Part shown: positions 12,592-24,750 of the stretch, one piece after another
Layout of the letters: every line of letters starts with the position of its first letter
Numbering within the stretch: the stretch's first letter is position 1
Source: Octopus bimaculoides
Taxonomy: Eukaryota
NCBI RefSeq assembly: GCF_001194135.2
Contig: NC_068982.1
Span: 127,460,275 to 127,504,945 of the forward strand
DNA: 44,671 nucleotides
Direction of reading: 5' to 3'
Program-made: the position numbers and the translations under genes
The notes under the pieces: model-generated
Told to the model about the DNA's origin: nothing
Seen by the model: the letters and a program-made list of their open reading frames with translations, nothing else
The model's database searches: none

Positions 12592-12626
12592 GTTTTATGT
12601 TTCAAGTAAAGCTCTTCATCAGAAAC
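12592..12626 (-). ncRNA. Minimal type I hammerhead ribozyme relic in a Penelope-like or retrozyme-like repeat
   Basis: Minus strand reads GTTT-CTGATGA-AGAGCTTTACTT-GAAAC-AT-A-AAAC. It has both core boxes, a 4-bp stem I (GTTT/AAAC) and stem II GAG/CTT, with the ACGT palindrome decayed to ACAT. Confidence 0.65.
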
Positions 12627-12754
12627 AGGAGATGGAGGAAAGTCCAAGAGAAAAGGAAGACGGAGGAAAAAAATCGCCAACGATCCACATGATAAAGAGA
12701 GAAAATAGCATGTTTCTTTTTTCTGAAATGACTACGCTAGTCTGCAAAAGATAT

Positions 12755-12811
<57 letters not shown>

Positions 12812-12819
12812 CACCAGTT

Positions 12820-12933
12820 TAGGTCAGTTTGAGACCATAGTAGAAGATACTTGTGCAAGATGCCAACATGTGGGATTGAACCCAAAGTCATGTGGTTAGC
12901 AACTAAACTTTTCAACTGCACTGCCATATCTGC
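12820..12933 (-). mobile_element. SINE family B head, diverged
   Basis: TAGTAGAAGATACTTGTGCAAG...GGGATTGAACCC...CATGTGGTT, homologous to 19970-20067. Confidence 0.7.
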
Positions 12934-13392
12934 TTCTCTATTGTTCTGATATGCGGTATCAGGAAAACTTCAGAGAATGGCCACAGTTGGACTGTCTTTG
13001 TTCATAAGTTTACTCAATCTGAACTAACTTAGGGGTGAAATAAAAGCATCTTTTGGTTCCCAGCACTCATATCAAAGACTTAGAAAAATTTGTGCTTTAC
13101 TTCATGAATCTGATTTTTTTTGGAAAAACAAGGAATACAATTCAGAAACTATAGTAACAATTTCCAAAACTCTTAAATAGAGACAGTAAATCTATAAAGG
13201 GTTCGTATGTAGAGGTCAGCAGTAAGACAGAATAGACATGTATTTTTGTGGGTTTTTTTCCCAGCTTCTTGTTCATATGCTAAAATGGACATTAATTCTT
13301 ATCTGTAGAATAGCTACAATGAAATAGTAAACAGAACACAGTATCTCTCTCTTCCAACCAATATATATTTTTTTCTCTTTCACACATAAAAT

Positions 13393-13640
13393 TAGGCATG
13401 GCTTTGTGGTTAAAAGTTGCACGCATAGCTGTGTGATTAAGAAACTCACTTTGAAACCATTTAGTATCAGGTTCAGTTCTACTGTGTGGCACCTTGGACG
13501 AGTTTCTTCTAGCCCAGGCCAACCTATGCCTTGTAAGTGAAATTTGATAGATGTAAACTGTATGGAAGACCACCATATGTGTGTATGAGTGTGTATCTTT
13601 GTGTCTGTGTTTGTTCCCACCACCACCACCACTACCACCA
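13393..13640 (+). mobile_element. SINE family B, 5' two-thirds
   Basis: GGTTCAGTTCTACTGTGTGGCACCTTGG...GCCTTGTAAGTG...TGTGTCTGTGTTTGTTCCC. Confidence 0.75.
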
Positions 13641-13739
13641 TTACCATGTGCATACTTATATACATATACATATATGTAATTATATACATATACATATGTG
13701 TGAAGGTCTGGAAACATTGAATATTAACTTTGGAACTTC

Positions 13740-15480
13740 CTGGTTCTGAACTGCAAGAAAATGACGCAAAAGCAGTTTCTTTATGGATGACCTGGAATAT
13801 ATTCCAAGAATATGGAGGGCATGAAAGAAGGCCTTGACCTAGATACAACATTTCTCAAAATATATAGGGATGGAGTTTGGCTGGAATAAATACTCATACA
13901 TAACTGTAAAGTGAGGAAGAACTATAAGCCCATTTAATGACACAACTATTAATGACCTGACTATGTCGCCAATACCTTACAAGGAATTCTACAGGTACTT
14001 AAGAATAGATGAAAATATTTCTTTTAATGGAACCTGTTACAAGGAACATAAAACCAGGGAATATAACACCAGAATAAAGAAAATATGATCCTCAGAACTT
14101 TTTACATGCTATAAATTGACAGCCCACCGCCCTCAGCCCACAATGTATTTATCATATCAGTGCTCACACCAATATTTGTGCAGTACAATAGAACACTAGA
14201 CGAGGTCTGGCTACTGATGTTAAAACCCACAAACTGTTAGCCTGCACCAGGAATTTCCACATCAACAATGACGTAACTATCCTTTACTTAGAATGAAAAC
14301 AAGGCAGTAAAAGCTTGACATTGGTCCATACAGCCTTTGAATGTTACATCATGTTCTTTCAACAATGTCTACTAACCAACAAATGTTGAAGTCCTATCAT
14401 GGATCAAGTCTGCATATGAGAGGTCAATAACATCATGTGAGCTGGATAAGAGTGTCTCAAAGGGTATTCATTGACTGATAGCTTAGGATATAAACCCAGA
14501 GAAGTTGCACAACTTTACTGCGAAAGGTCACGAGAAGAGAAGATGCATACATATCAGCAAAGAGTCATGCATAACTATATACCAAGGAGGTTTCAAATTA
14601 TAGCAAAATTGATAACCAGTATAGTCTATCCTGGACTAACAAGCAAGATATTAAATCTCAGTTTGAAATATAGGCTTTTGCAATACAGGAGCTAGAAAAT
14701 AGTCACAAAATACTTGGTGCATAAAAGAAATAGGGATGCTGGTAAACTAAGCAGATTGATCAAGTTTTGCAGAACTAACATTGAGGATGTCATACACATC
14801 ATATGTCATCCACATGTAGTTGCCTGAAAATGTCCTCACAATATTAATTAGATGATGATTGAAACTGAACCAAATTTGATGACTAGCGCCCGTGCTAGTG
14901 GAGCGCTAACAGCACCTTCCAAGTGGGATCACTGCCAGAGCAGCAGTCTCACTCCCGTGCCGGTGGCACATAAAAAGCACCATTTGATCGTAATCATTTC
15001 CAGCTTCACCTTACTGGCACTTGTGCCGGTGGCATGTGAACAAAACATTCGACTGACTCCTGAGCAGGTGGCACGTAAAAAACACAATTTGAGCGTGGCC
15101 GTTGCCAGTACACTCTCGGAGTGGTTGGCATTAGGAAGGGTATCCAGTTGTAGAAACTCTGCCAGATCAGATTGGAGTCTGGTGTAACCATCTGGTTCGC
15201 CAATTCTCAGTCAAATAGTCCAACCCATGCTAGCATGGCAAGCGGACGTTAAATGACGATGATGATGATGATGATGATGATGATGTCCCGGCCAGATCAG
15301 TGTATAATGAAATTTGTAGAAAGAATAATCTGAAGGAGATAATTATAAGAAGCTACAATAGAGGGTGTAACCACACATAACTTAAATGAATACTGGTGGA
15401 ATGACCTTGTCAAGACTTTAATAAAATGTAAGCACAACAGACCAGACAAATAATCTGGGTGGGAGAAAAGAGCAACTATG
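13740..15480 (+). pseudogene. R4-clade-like non-LTR retrotransposon relic (RT, CCHC zinc finger, start of RLE), interrupted at 14861-15285
   Basis: Manual translation: FFMDDL, IGMEFGWNK, FYRYLRIDENISFNG, IKKI*SSEL, AHNVF, NFHINND, FCRTNIEDVIHII, ARSVYNEI, EYWWNDLVKTLIKCKHNRPD. Confidence 0.8.
14861..15285 (+). mobile_element. RTE-type 3' UTR/tail copy inserted into the R4-like LINE
   Basis: Internal GCACGTAAAAA repeats, tail ending GGACGTTAAATGACGAT(GAT)n, and GATGATGAT on both sides. Confidence 0.88.
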
Positions 15481-15497
15481 CATAGGAGTGGAAATCA

Positions 15498-15682
15498 GTG
15501 GCCTGGCAGATGCCAGTATGATGTTGTTTGTCTTTACATTCTGAGTTCAAACTCCACCAAAGTCGACTTTGCTTTTCATCCTTTCAGGGTCGATAAATTA
15601 AGTACCAGTGGCATCCTGAGGTCGATCTAATCCACTGGCCCCCTCCCCAAAATTTCAGGCCTTGTGCCTAGAGCAGAAAAGA
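15498..15682 (+). mobile_element. SINE family A
   Basis: TTCTGAGTTCAAACTCC...GGGTCGATAAATTAAGTACCAG...GGCCTTGTGCCTAGAGCAGAAAAGA. Confidence 0.85.
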
Positions 15683-16003
15683 TGTCAGCATGATGTTAAA
15701 CTTTAGTAATAAATGAGAACAGTTATGTTGAACTGATGAGAAACCTGCAGGTACTCTCTCGGAGCCAAAAATAATTGGATTAATAATATGGGATTAACTG
15801 TTGCATTATAATAATATGGGATTAAATGCCTCGTTATTTATCTTGAGAAGCTATGATTCACAAAATCGGAAAGAACATGCCTGATCAGAAGATTACAAGT
15901 TGACAAAGGTACTACAAGAATATGCAAAACATGCACGAAGTTCAGCATGTAATATGATCCTTATATGCAATGTCATCCATGGCTGCACTGATGTGTGCAC
16001 GTG

Positions 16004-16045
<42 letters not shown>

Positions 16046-16947
16046 AGACAGCCCTTTGATGCCTAAATTCCAATGAAAATGTTTTGTTTCAAGGCTAGAA
16101 ACCAGTTATTTTCTCAATAGTGAGAAATTCAAAAAATAATACGCAGAAAGAACATACATACATACACACACAAATATATACACACACAAATACATACATA
16201 CATACATACATACATACATACCTACCCTTCTTCCACATGCACACTCTTCACCACTTCAATAGCACCCTATCTCCAGTTTGCATGAAGCATAATTGGGTAA
16301 CAATGCAAAGTCACCAGAAAGATTAGTAAACAAACCCTAACATCCATAAAATAGTTACATAGAATCTCGTCCTTAATGTGGCATGCCAGAAAAGAAGACA
16401 AAATATTATTTTCCCATGTCACTAATGTTGTTCAGAAATAGAAATCTTTACAGACGAATTCACGCTGAAATTCATTCATAAAGACGGAAAATTATCTTCA
16501 TACAATAGCATTTTTTTTTTTTATGTATATTTTTCAGATTGGACAGAACAAATCATTGTTATGTTAGCAGAAAGTTCATAAGGTGTGAATCCAACCTGAC
16601 TCTTCTATGAAACAGTTTAACAACAATATTTATACTTCTTTGCGCAAAAGGTTTTATTGTAATGAAGAACAGGAAAGTTTAACTTTGAAAACTTCAATTC
16701 AGTATTCTGTGACCTTTGTCAATGATGCCAACACATTTTTTTTTCCATTACATCAATGCAAATATCAGGAAACAATTTTCATTTTCATTAAAAGTAGACA
16801 ACGATAGGGTATGACCTTTTCAGCATTCAGCTGCTTTATCATATCATATTTCAAAAATGTTTTATCTGTTCCTGAAAAAAAACATTGAAGTTGCTTCTTT
16901 TAGCAATGCTTCTAATTTTCAAGGCTGGAGTGTGGGGAAAATATGTG

Positions 16948-17147
16948 GATGTGTGTGTGTGTGTATGTACGTGTGTGTGTGTGTGTGTGTACGTGTGTGT
17001 GTGTACGTGTGTGTGTCTGTGTGTGTGTGTGTGTGTATGTGTGTGTGCATGTGTGAGTGTATGTGTGTCTGTGTGTGTGCATGTGTGAGTGTGTTTGTAT
17101 GTGTGCGTGTGTGTGTGTGTGTGCATATGTATGTATGTGTGTGTGTG

Positions 17148-17196
<49 letters not shown>
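16948..17196. repeat. (TG)n then (TA)n microsatellite
   Basis: Directly visible. Confidence 0.97.
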
Positions 17197-18349
17197 CAAA
17201 TATATGTATTTAACTCTGTTATCAAGCAGTAAAGTTGTATTTTCATCAAATTGTTAATGAAAATAGAAAGATGGATAAAGCCAAAAGCAAATGAAAATTT
17301 CCACATGAGTAGATACTTTCTAGGTAAAGTTTCATTGTTCACTCAGCCATAATGGTTGTAAGCAAAAACACAGCAAGTCGATGATTTCAAATGTAAAGAG
17401 GAATTTTCTTAACTGAAAGCTAATATAATATGAAATTATTCCTGAATTGTATTGCTGTGCTTGGCTAGCTAGCTAAGATAAATTTCATTTATTCACACAC
17501 AGCTTTATTAATTATTACTTACCGCTATTCACAAAGACAGAAATGTTTCACTTGCTTAGATTGTCATAAGCAATTAACATATATTGCTAATGATCAATTT
17601 GATGTTCATTTATAAAATTTCTGCAATTGCTTTGAATATTATTTCTGTCTCTTTCTCTTTCTTTCTCTCTTTCTTTCTTCCTTCCTTTTTTGTTTTTGCT
17701 TTTGGTAACCACAGCAGCGAAAGAAGGAAAACTTAAAATAGATAAATAAAATCAACTTGTAATTTTAAATTAAAGCTATAATATTTTAAGTATTGTGTTT
17801 ATCTCTGGTATTGTAAGGAAAATAAAGTTTTATGTTTAGCTTTTAGATGTGATAACTCAATTTCAATATCTTCATATAATTATAACATTTCTTTAGAGTT
17901 TGGTATCAAACTTATCATGGCACCAAGATACCTATTTCTTGTAATCCTTCATTCCTTCCCCTCTTACCAACACAAAGATAAATTATATGATTTATATGTG
18001 TTGTTGTTGTTGCTGTTATTGTTTCTGTTGTTGTTTCACATTAGGCAAGTTCTGATCAAGCAGACCTATATTTAAGTTGTTCTTACTATAAACATCCCAT
18101 TTTATTTTTAGATATAATACCTGTAGGTCTATAATATCTAGTGTGTGTCTTTTAAGACAGGTGTAATTTGAGGAAGATTCAACTTCTATTTCCAGTATAT
18201 CAGTCAACTTCATATGAGGCTTCCTCCCTAGCTTAAAGTGTTCTTATATGATTTATTAGTTGGCAAGAGTGAAGGATTAAGCAAACAGCAATTTCCCACA
18301 ATTCAATCTTCAAAAGCCTGTCAGCCAATGGATCACATACAACTGGACT

Positions 18350-18720
18350 ACTATAAGACTGACAGACGATTGTGGTGGTTAGTTATTTGGGTTTGGAATA
18401 AAGAAATACAAAATCAAAAGACAGGCTTGGAGAAACAAAGCATATGAGGACACATGTTACAATAGGAATATAAAAAAATAAATGGCAGTGTCATAGAGAA
18501 CAACTGGGCACCCTTTATGGAACAACATACAATAAACCATAGACTGGATATATGAATGAAGCTGACTTTCAGCCAAACAGCAGTGATATGGCCATAAAAT
18601 AATACAGCATATAGGGTTACAAAAGTTAAAAGACTGGCCTGAAAGAAGCAGGGACTGTGGGAGTGTGAAACAAAATATAAAAAAAAAGACTAAACATAAA
18701 AGCTATTATGAGAAGTTGTT
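18350..18720 (+). mobile_element. Heavily decayed RTE-like LINE internal fragment
   Basis: Short peptides WNKEIQ, KRQAWRN and KSYYEKL resemble the RTE EN-RT linker. Confidence 0.35.
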
Positions 18721-19656
18721 CAATTAAGAATATGAGAATGACAGAAAGGGTGTACTCTGAGTGGAACCAAAAGAGAGGGTAGCTATTGAATTTAGCTTTA
18801 GTTTGGTTTGTAAAGCTATTAAGAAGATTAAATCAATGTAAGCATCCATTCTGTTAGAGAGATAATGGTTGTGATGTTGAAAACAACATTCAATATACAT
18901 CACATTAGTTATTTGCTTAGTTAATAAAATAAAGAGGAAGAGGGTATCACTAGTGACTGGAAGTGCTATATGTGCAAAGACAGACATTAGAGAAGAGCAA
19001 TTATAGGGCCCTTAAACTTGAAAGTAGCTGAAATAGTTTAAGTAAAGTTAATTTAGAATATGATTGTATGGATAAGATGAAGTTTGTTTCATGTTGTGGA
19101 AATACAAATAACGTATTTCTGGTGAGATAACCGCCAGAAAAATTCTAAGTAAAAGACAAACAATATTACTTTACTTTTGTTGATAAGGAAAAAGGTCTTT
19201 CACTGGCTCACTCCCTCTGTAGTGTGATGAGAGCAAAGAAAATTAAGTGTAGATAAACGGTTTCTATGAGTTGTACAAGTCATATATGAGGATGCTGTTA
19301 ACAAGATTAGGATTAGCAGTAAGTTCAGTAAGGAATTTAATGGACATGTCAATGTTTATCAAAATCATAATTCTCAGCCGCCATCTTTTATGAAATTTGT
19401 TGAGTTTAGGATTAGTTCTCCTTGAAAGTTGTGTTTACTGACAACCTGGTTCCAAATCTAAAAGTATGGTTCAAATCAACGTTACAAACTTATAAATTCT
19501 CATTGGTAAGAAAGAGCAGAAAATTCTTGCAACATTCAAGATATGGTTTTTGCTTCATAGAAAGAAATTGGCATCAACTTGATTCAGTATACTTAATTCA
19601 TTTACAAGAGGTGCAGTGAGATTTCTTATAGACAGACAGAGAGTTAGAACTTCAGA

Positions 19657-20067
19657 TACTCTCTTTTACTCTCTTTTACTTGTTTCAGTCACTTGACTGC
19701 GGCCATAGTGGAGCACTGCCTTTAGTCAAGCAAATCAACCCCAGGACTTATTCTTTGTAAGCCTAGTACTTATTCTATCAGTTTCTTTTTGCTGAACTGC
19801 TAAGTCACGGGGACGTAAACACACCAGCATTGGTTGTCAAGTGATGTTGGCAGGACAAACACAGACACACAAACTCACATATATATATATACATATACAT
19901 ATATACGACAGACTTCTTTCAGTTTCTGTCTACCAAATCCCCTCACAAGGCTTTGGTTGATCCGAGGTTATAGTAGAAGACACTTGCCCAAGGTGCCATG
20001 CAGTAGGACTGAACCCGGAACCATGTGGTTGGTAAGCAAGCTACTTACCACACAGCCACTCCTGCGC
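19657..20067 (-). mobile_element. tRNA-derived SINE family B, full length and well preserved
   Basis: Minus strand: GCGCAGGAGTGGCTGTGTGG (A box), GGGTTCAGTCC (B box), a central TA/TG tract and a tandem AAAAGAGAGT tail. Confidence 0.92.
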
Positions 20068-20889
20068 AGATAGTTAGCAATAGGAGTACATTGCAAATGA
20101 AATAAATGAATTACTATAATCTCTCACAAGACAAAGTTGATTAGTCAGGTTCTGTTCCCTAAATGAATGAAATAATGCTGGGTTGGACATTGTAATGAGA
20201 ATATAGAACCAAATGTCTTGAGGAAGATAATTAAACTGCTCTCAGTAGTAAAATTCCAGCTGGGGAGCTGAGGAATTTTAGAAAGTATTCAGTTGTCCCT
20301 TAGTTATCACTTCCTCACACCATCCTGGGGTGATAGTTCTTCTGCAAAGGTTCTAATTATGATTCAAATAACAGAAAATAGTCTTGCAGTTTTAGCATAC
20401 AGGAGGGCTAGTCCCTAGACCTAGGCCAACTGGTGTATGGACATAACCTGATGTTCTCTTTCCTGAAAGGTAAATAGGTTCTGCACCTAAAGAGTGAGGC
20501 TCAGGAGGCCTAGAGACTAGAATAAACTATATAAGCTGGTAGAAAGTAGCTGGGAATCATTACTGTACCTTTCCACCAAAAGGTCATGAAAACTTCAAAC
20601 TTTGAAATAGAAGCTCTTAAATAGGGGAACAATTTTTTTTATGAGCAAGGGCAAATTTTTCGATCTTAATATCAAAACAAATGCAAGTATAATAATAATT
20701 ATCATTATTATATCTGCACATCAGTTAAATCAGATAAATCCAATAATGGAAAAGTAATGTTTCAAATCAGTCCAAAAATGTTTCTATGCTTGTACGTTTT
20801 GGCAATGAAGTTTTTCAAGAGAATGTTCAAAGCGTTTTCATTACCCTCAAAAAATGTCATTGCATCCCCTGTTCTCAAGCTCAAATTCC

Positions 20890-21470
20890 TGTAGGCATTT
20901 ACATGAAGAGAGGAAAAATAGTAAGCCAAAGCAAGCAAAATGTATGATAGAAGGGATTCAGGAGAGCTTTTGTCTCACATGATATGTCACATGTGTAAGA
21001 ATTGTGATAATGTATTGCAGCAAGATATTGCACTGCACACAGAAGTTCTATAGAAACATGTAATGAGAAGAATGAAACAGCCATGATCTGTTTGATCCTG
21101 GTAGCATGAAAGACAGAGTACAAGTGTACTGAGAGGTTTGTTGGGCAATAATGACACGAGCTGAAATTTGCAAGAGAAACAACTACATTGATTTAGACAT
21201 GTGATGCATGTAGATGATGAGTGGAAAATTTCAAGTGCTCTGAGACAAAGGTATTTATAGAAGAGAATGAACAGGAAAGAACTGGTTAAGTCAGATATCA
21301 AGATACAGGGGTTAACAGAATAGGTGATGACAGACAGATGAATACTATACAATATACTTGTTCAATACACACCTGTAAAATGGTGATGATGATGAGGATG
21401 ATCAAGATGATGGTGATGGTGATGATGATTTGAATGATGCTGACGACGATGATGACGATGCAGGCTTTTC
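20890..21470 (+). mobile_element. RTE-clade LINE 3' fragment, decayed, with (GAT)n tail
   Basis: QEKQLH*FRHVMHVDDE corresponds to the RTE ERRLRWFGHVMRM motif and is followed by (GAT)n. Confidence 0.65.
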
Positions 21471-21842
21471 ATCTGTTTGTTACGCAGAACCAATATAAGT
21501 GTTACACAACCTAAAATATAATTTTTTCCCTGGAACAATTCAATTCCAAAATACTTCCTAAGGTCAGTACAACAGTGTACAGAACTTAAAGGAATTGCAG
21601 GCTGTCTTATGTCATAATTGTTGCAGCTTACAACACATTTTATCTTTTCTCATAAATGTTATCAGATTAGAGGGTGCCAAGTTGATTCTTCAATTGATTG
21701 AACTTACGACTTTGAAATACAAAGTCTGACAATAAAGATATAAGAATTTCTATTGTTCATCTTCTAAAGTAATACTACACCCCTAAAATTCTCAGGCAAG
21801 GATAAGTGAGCATTTAGATTGTAGTGTATTTAGTCTGTCTTT

Positions 21843-22252
21843 CATCTTTTACTTGTTTCAGTCATTGGAATGTGGCCATGCTGGGGTACCATCTTGAAGG
21901 GTTTGGTTAGACACATTCACCACAGTATATATTTTTTCTTTGTCTGGTACTTACTCTCTTGGTCCTTTTCACCAAATCACTAAGTTATGGAGGTATAAAC
22001 AAACTAACATTGGTTGTCAAATGTTGTGGTGGGGAGGAGACAAGCACAAAGACACACACTCATATACATACATATATATATATATATATATACAATGGGC
22101 TTCTGCACAATTTCCATCAACCAAATACACTTACAAGGCATTAGTCAGTCTCGGTTATAATAGAAGCTACTTGCCCAGGTGTTATTCAGTGGGACTGAAC
22201 CCAAAACCATGCAGTTGCAAAGCAAGCTTCTTAACCACACAGCCATACCTAC
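21843..22252 (-). mobile_element. SINE family B, full length, diverged
   Basis: Collinear with 19657-20067 from tail (TTTTACTTGTTTCAGTCA) to head (ACCACACAGCC). Confidence 0.85.
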
Positions 22253-22370
22253 AACTGCATGAGAATCACAGAAAACCTCTCATTAATGAGGCACCAACCT
22301 TGATGCAAACCAGAAAAATGGTAAATGGCTAAATTGAACCTAAGGATGTTAAACCATATTACCTGTAATG

Positions 22371-22567
22371 TACCATATTTGATGGCATAAAAGATGCACA
22401 GTGCATATTAGATGCACCCCAATTCCAACAGCACTTATTCAGGAAAATGAGTTTTTAGTATATTAAAGCATGAAATATAGGCCCAACTTCACAAATAGGA
22501 CCCAGGCGGGAATTTTTTTGAGACACTTTTGGATAAAAAAATGTCTTATATACTATCTAATAATGTA
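22371..22567. mobile_element. Possible decayed Tc1/pogo-type MITE
   Basis: Starts TACCATATTT...ATAAAAGATGCAC and ends AAAAATGTCTTATA, resembling TACCGTATTT...TATAAGACGCAC termini. Confidence 0.35.
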
Positions 22568-23119
22568 TATCTCAAAGGTTATTCTAACTTTTAATAAGAC
22601 AAATTCATTGAAAATAAATTGTACTTTCAGGAGAGATTAATGTGGAGAAAGAATGAATAATATTTCAGTACAAGACATAATATGCATTCCAAAGTTACAA
22701 AAGCAGAATTCTTGTTTTGTAACAACTATAGACTTAAATCAGAATTCTGTAATAGCAAAAAGAAAAAGGAAAAAAGCAAAATTTTACTTGTAAGTTCATT
22801 TGGGCCTGTAATTCTACCAAACTATAGCATTCTTTAGAATAGTCACTAGAAGTAGTCATCGAATTTTCCAAAGCTTCCAAACCAATTAGTGAAAGATTAC
22901 AAAGAAAAATAACACTGAAAATATACTCAATATTCAAAGCTGCCATTCTTAAATATTTCCTGAGGCTGCAGAAGGGGGCAGGATGTAGTTTCTTATTAAG
23001 TAACGTATTTTCTGTTTTATTACTTCATATGTCTATACTTATTGAAGAGTCTTCTCACTGTGGACATATATTATTTAACTCACAGAAACACACGCTCATA
23101 TACACATGAACAAATATAT

Positions 23120-23249
23120 ACATATGTATGTGAGTGCATATGTGTGTATATATATATATATATACTTTCATACACTCATGTATACATCCATCTATGCATA
23201 TGCATATGTACATACATACATATATATATATATATAGAGAGAGAGAGAT

Positions 23250-23314
<65 letters not shown>

Positions 23315-23408
23315 AAGCTTTGTGATTGAATTTGATAGGCGGAAGTTACTGCCGGGTGCATATGTGTGTGTAGGTGCTTGTGCCTCTCCAAGAGAGAGTG
23401 AGCGAGGG

Positions 23409-23448
<40 letters not shown>

Positions 23449-23550
23449 ACATATACAGACAGGCATACATGTATACATACATACACACACACATGTATGC
23501 ATGTGTGTATGTGCAGAGTAAGAGTAAGGGAGAGAGAGAGAGAGAGAGAT
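23120..23550. repeat. Cluster of (TA)n, (GA)n, (CA)n and (CATA)n microsatellites
   Basis: Directly visible. Confidence 0.95.
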
Positions 23551-24477
23551 TTCCACAACTTTTCTAAACCAGACATTGAAATATTATCACATATGAACAT
23601 GACAAGAGTTTCATTTTTTTAAAACTCTCTTGCAAATTGCTTTAAAAAATAAACTTTGAATTATTTAGCACAAAAGATTTAATTCAAGTTAACATGTAAA
23701 ATATCATGACTGGCAATAATAACGTTGTGTAAATTTTGCTTAAAAGTTACTTCGGAATGTATGATTTAATAAGTTTCAGGCACTTCAAAAATTATTTGAG
23801 AGGGAAGAAAATGATTGATGACTCAACTCCTGCTTCTTAAAAATAAGTATCACTTAATTTCTTTGATCTCCATCAGTCGTTTTATTTGTTTGTTTTTAAT
23901 GAAGGCATAAGTTATTGTTTGTGAAGAACTGATTCATGTAAATATGTTTAGCTATTAAACTTCATATATTCTTGAAATAAATTTGCAGAACCAGCTGAGT
24001 GACTGGCTCAAAAGCTGTCAGAAATTACAGCGAAATCAATTTTAATTATAATAACAATGGTAGTTAAGAAAACATTTTCAAAACTCAACAGAAAGCATCA
24101 ATTTATAAATCATTATCAAAATATGAAGTGCAAGAAAAACAGCATATTGTAATTTTCATGTAACTCACTAAAACTTTTGAAAACTACTTATATGAATTAT
24201 TGTTGGAAATATATAGGAAGGAAAAAAAAATATCAAATTGATCTACAAAACTTGAAAATTGGTAAAAGAGAATTTTAGAAAATAAAACAGAAACACAACA
24301 TCAAATGAAGAACAGCTACAAAATCATACTAAATTGCCAGATTAGGAGCAGAGCTTTTTTTTTAGTTCAGTAATAGCAATATTTCTAAAACATCTTTTTT
24401 AATGACTGCACTTATGAACCACATTTTAATCTCTGTCAATTATATTTTAGAATTCTTAGAAGTTGTACTTATCATTA

Positions 24478-24493
24478 TTTTTATTATTGTTAA

Positions 24494-24547
<54 letters not shown>
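24478..24547. repeat. (ATT)n microsatellite
   Basis: Directly visible. Confidence 0.97.
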
Positions 24548-24550
24548 GAA

Positions 24551-24716
24551 AGCAGTATTTCGTCTGTCTTTACGTTCTGAGTCCAAATTCCATCAAGGTC
24601 AACATTGCCTTTCGTCCTTTTGGGGTCAATAAATTGAGTACCAGTTGAGTACTGGGTTAATGTAATCGGCTACGCCTCCCCCAAATATCAGTCCTTGTGC
24701 CTTTAGTAGAAAGGAT
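24551..24716 (+). mobile_element. SINE family A, 5'-truncated, between (ATT)n tracts
   Basis: GTATTTCGTCTGTCTTTACGTTCTGAG...GTACCAGTTGAGTACTGGG...TTGTGCCTTTAGTAGAAAGGATT. Confidence 0.85.
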
Positions 24717-24750
24717 TTTTATTATCATTATTATTATCATTATTATTATT

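Noticed and set aside
20150-20620. GC-richer block with slight similarity to 42100-42540 (TGTATGGACATA..CTGATGT)
   Set aside because: Probably an old repeat, but no coding motif or boundaries could be supported.
23989-24045. Acceptor-like TTGCAG followed by NQLSDWLKSCQKLQRNQF*
   Set aside because: Weak pyrimidine tract, unrecognised peptide and no independent support.
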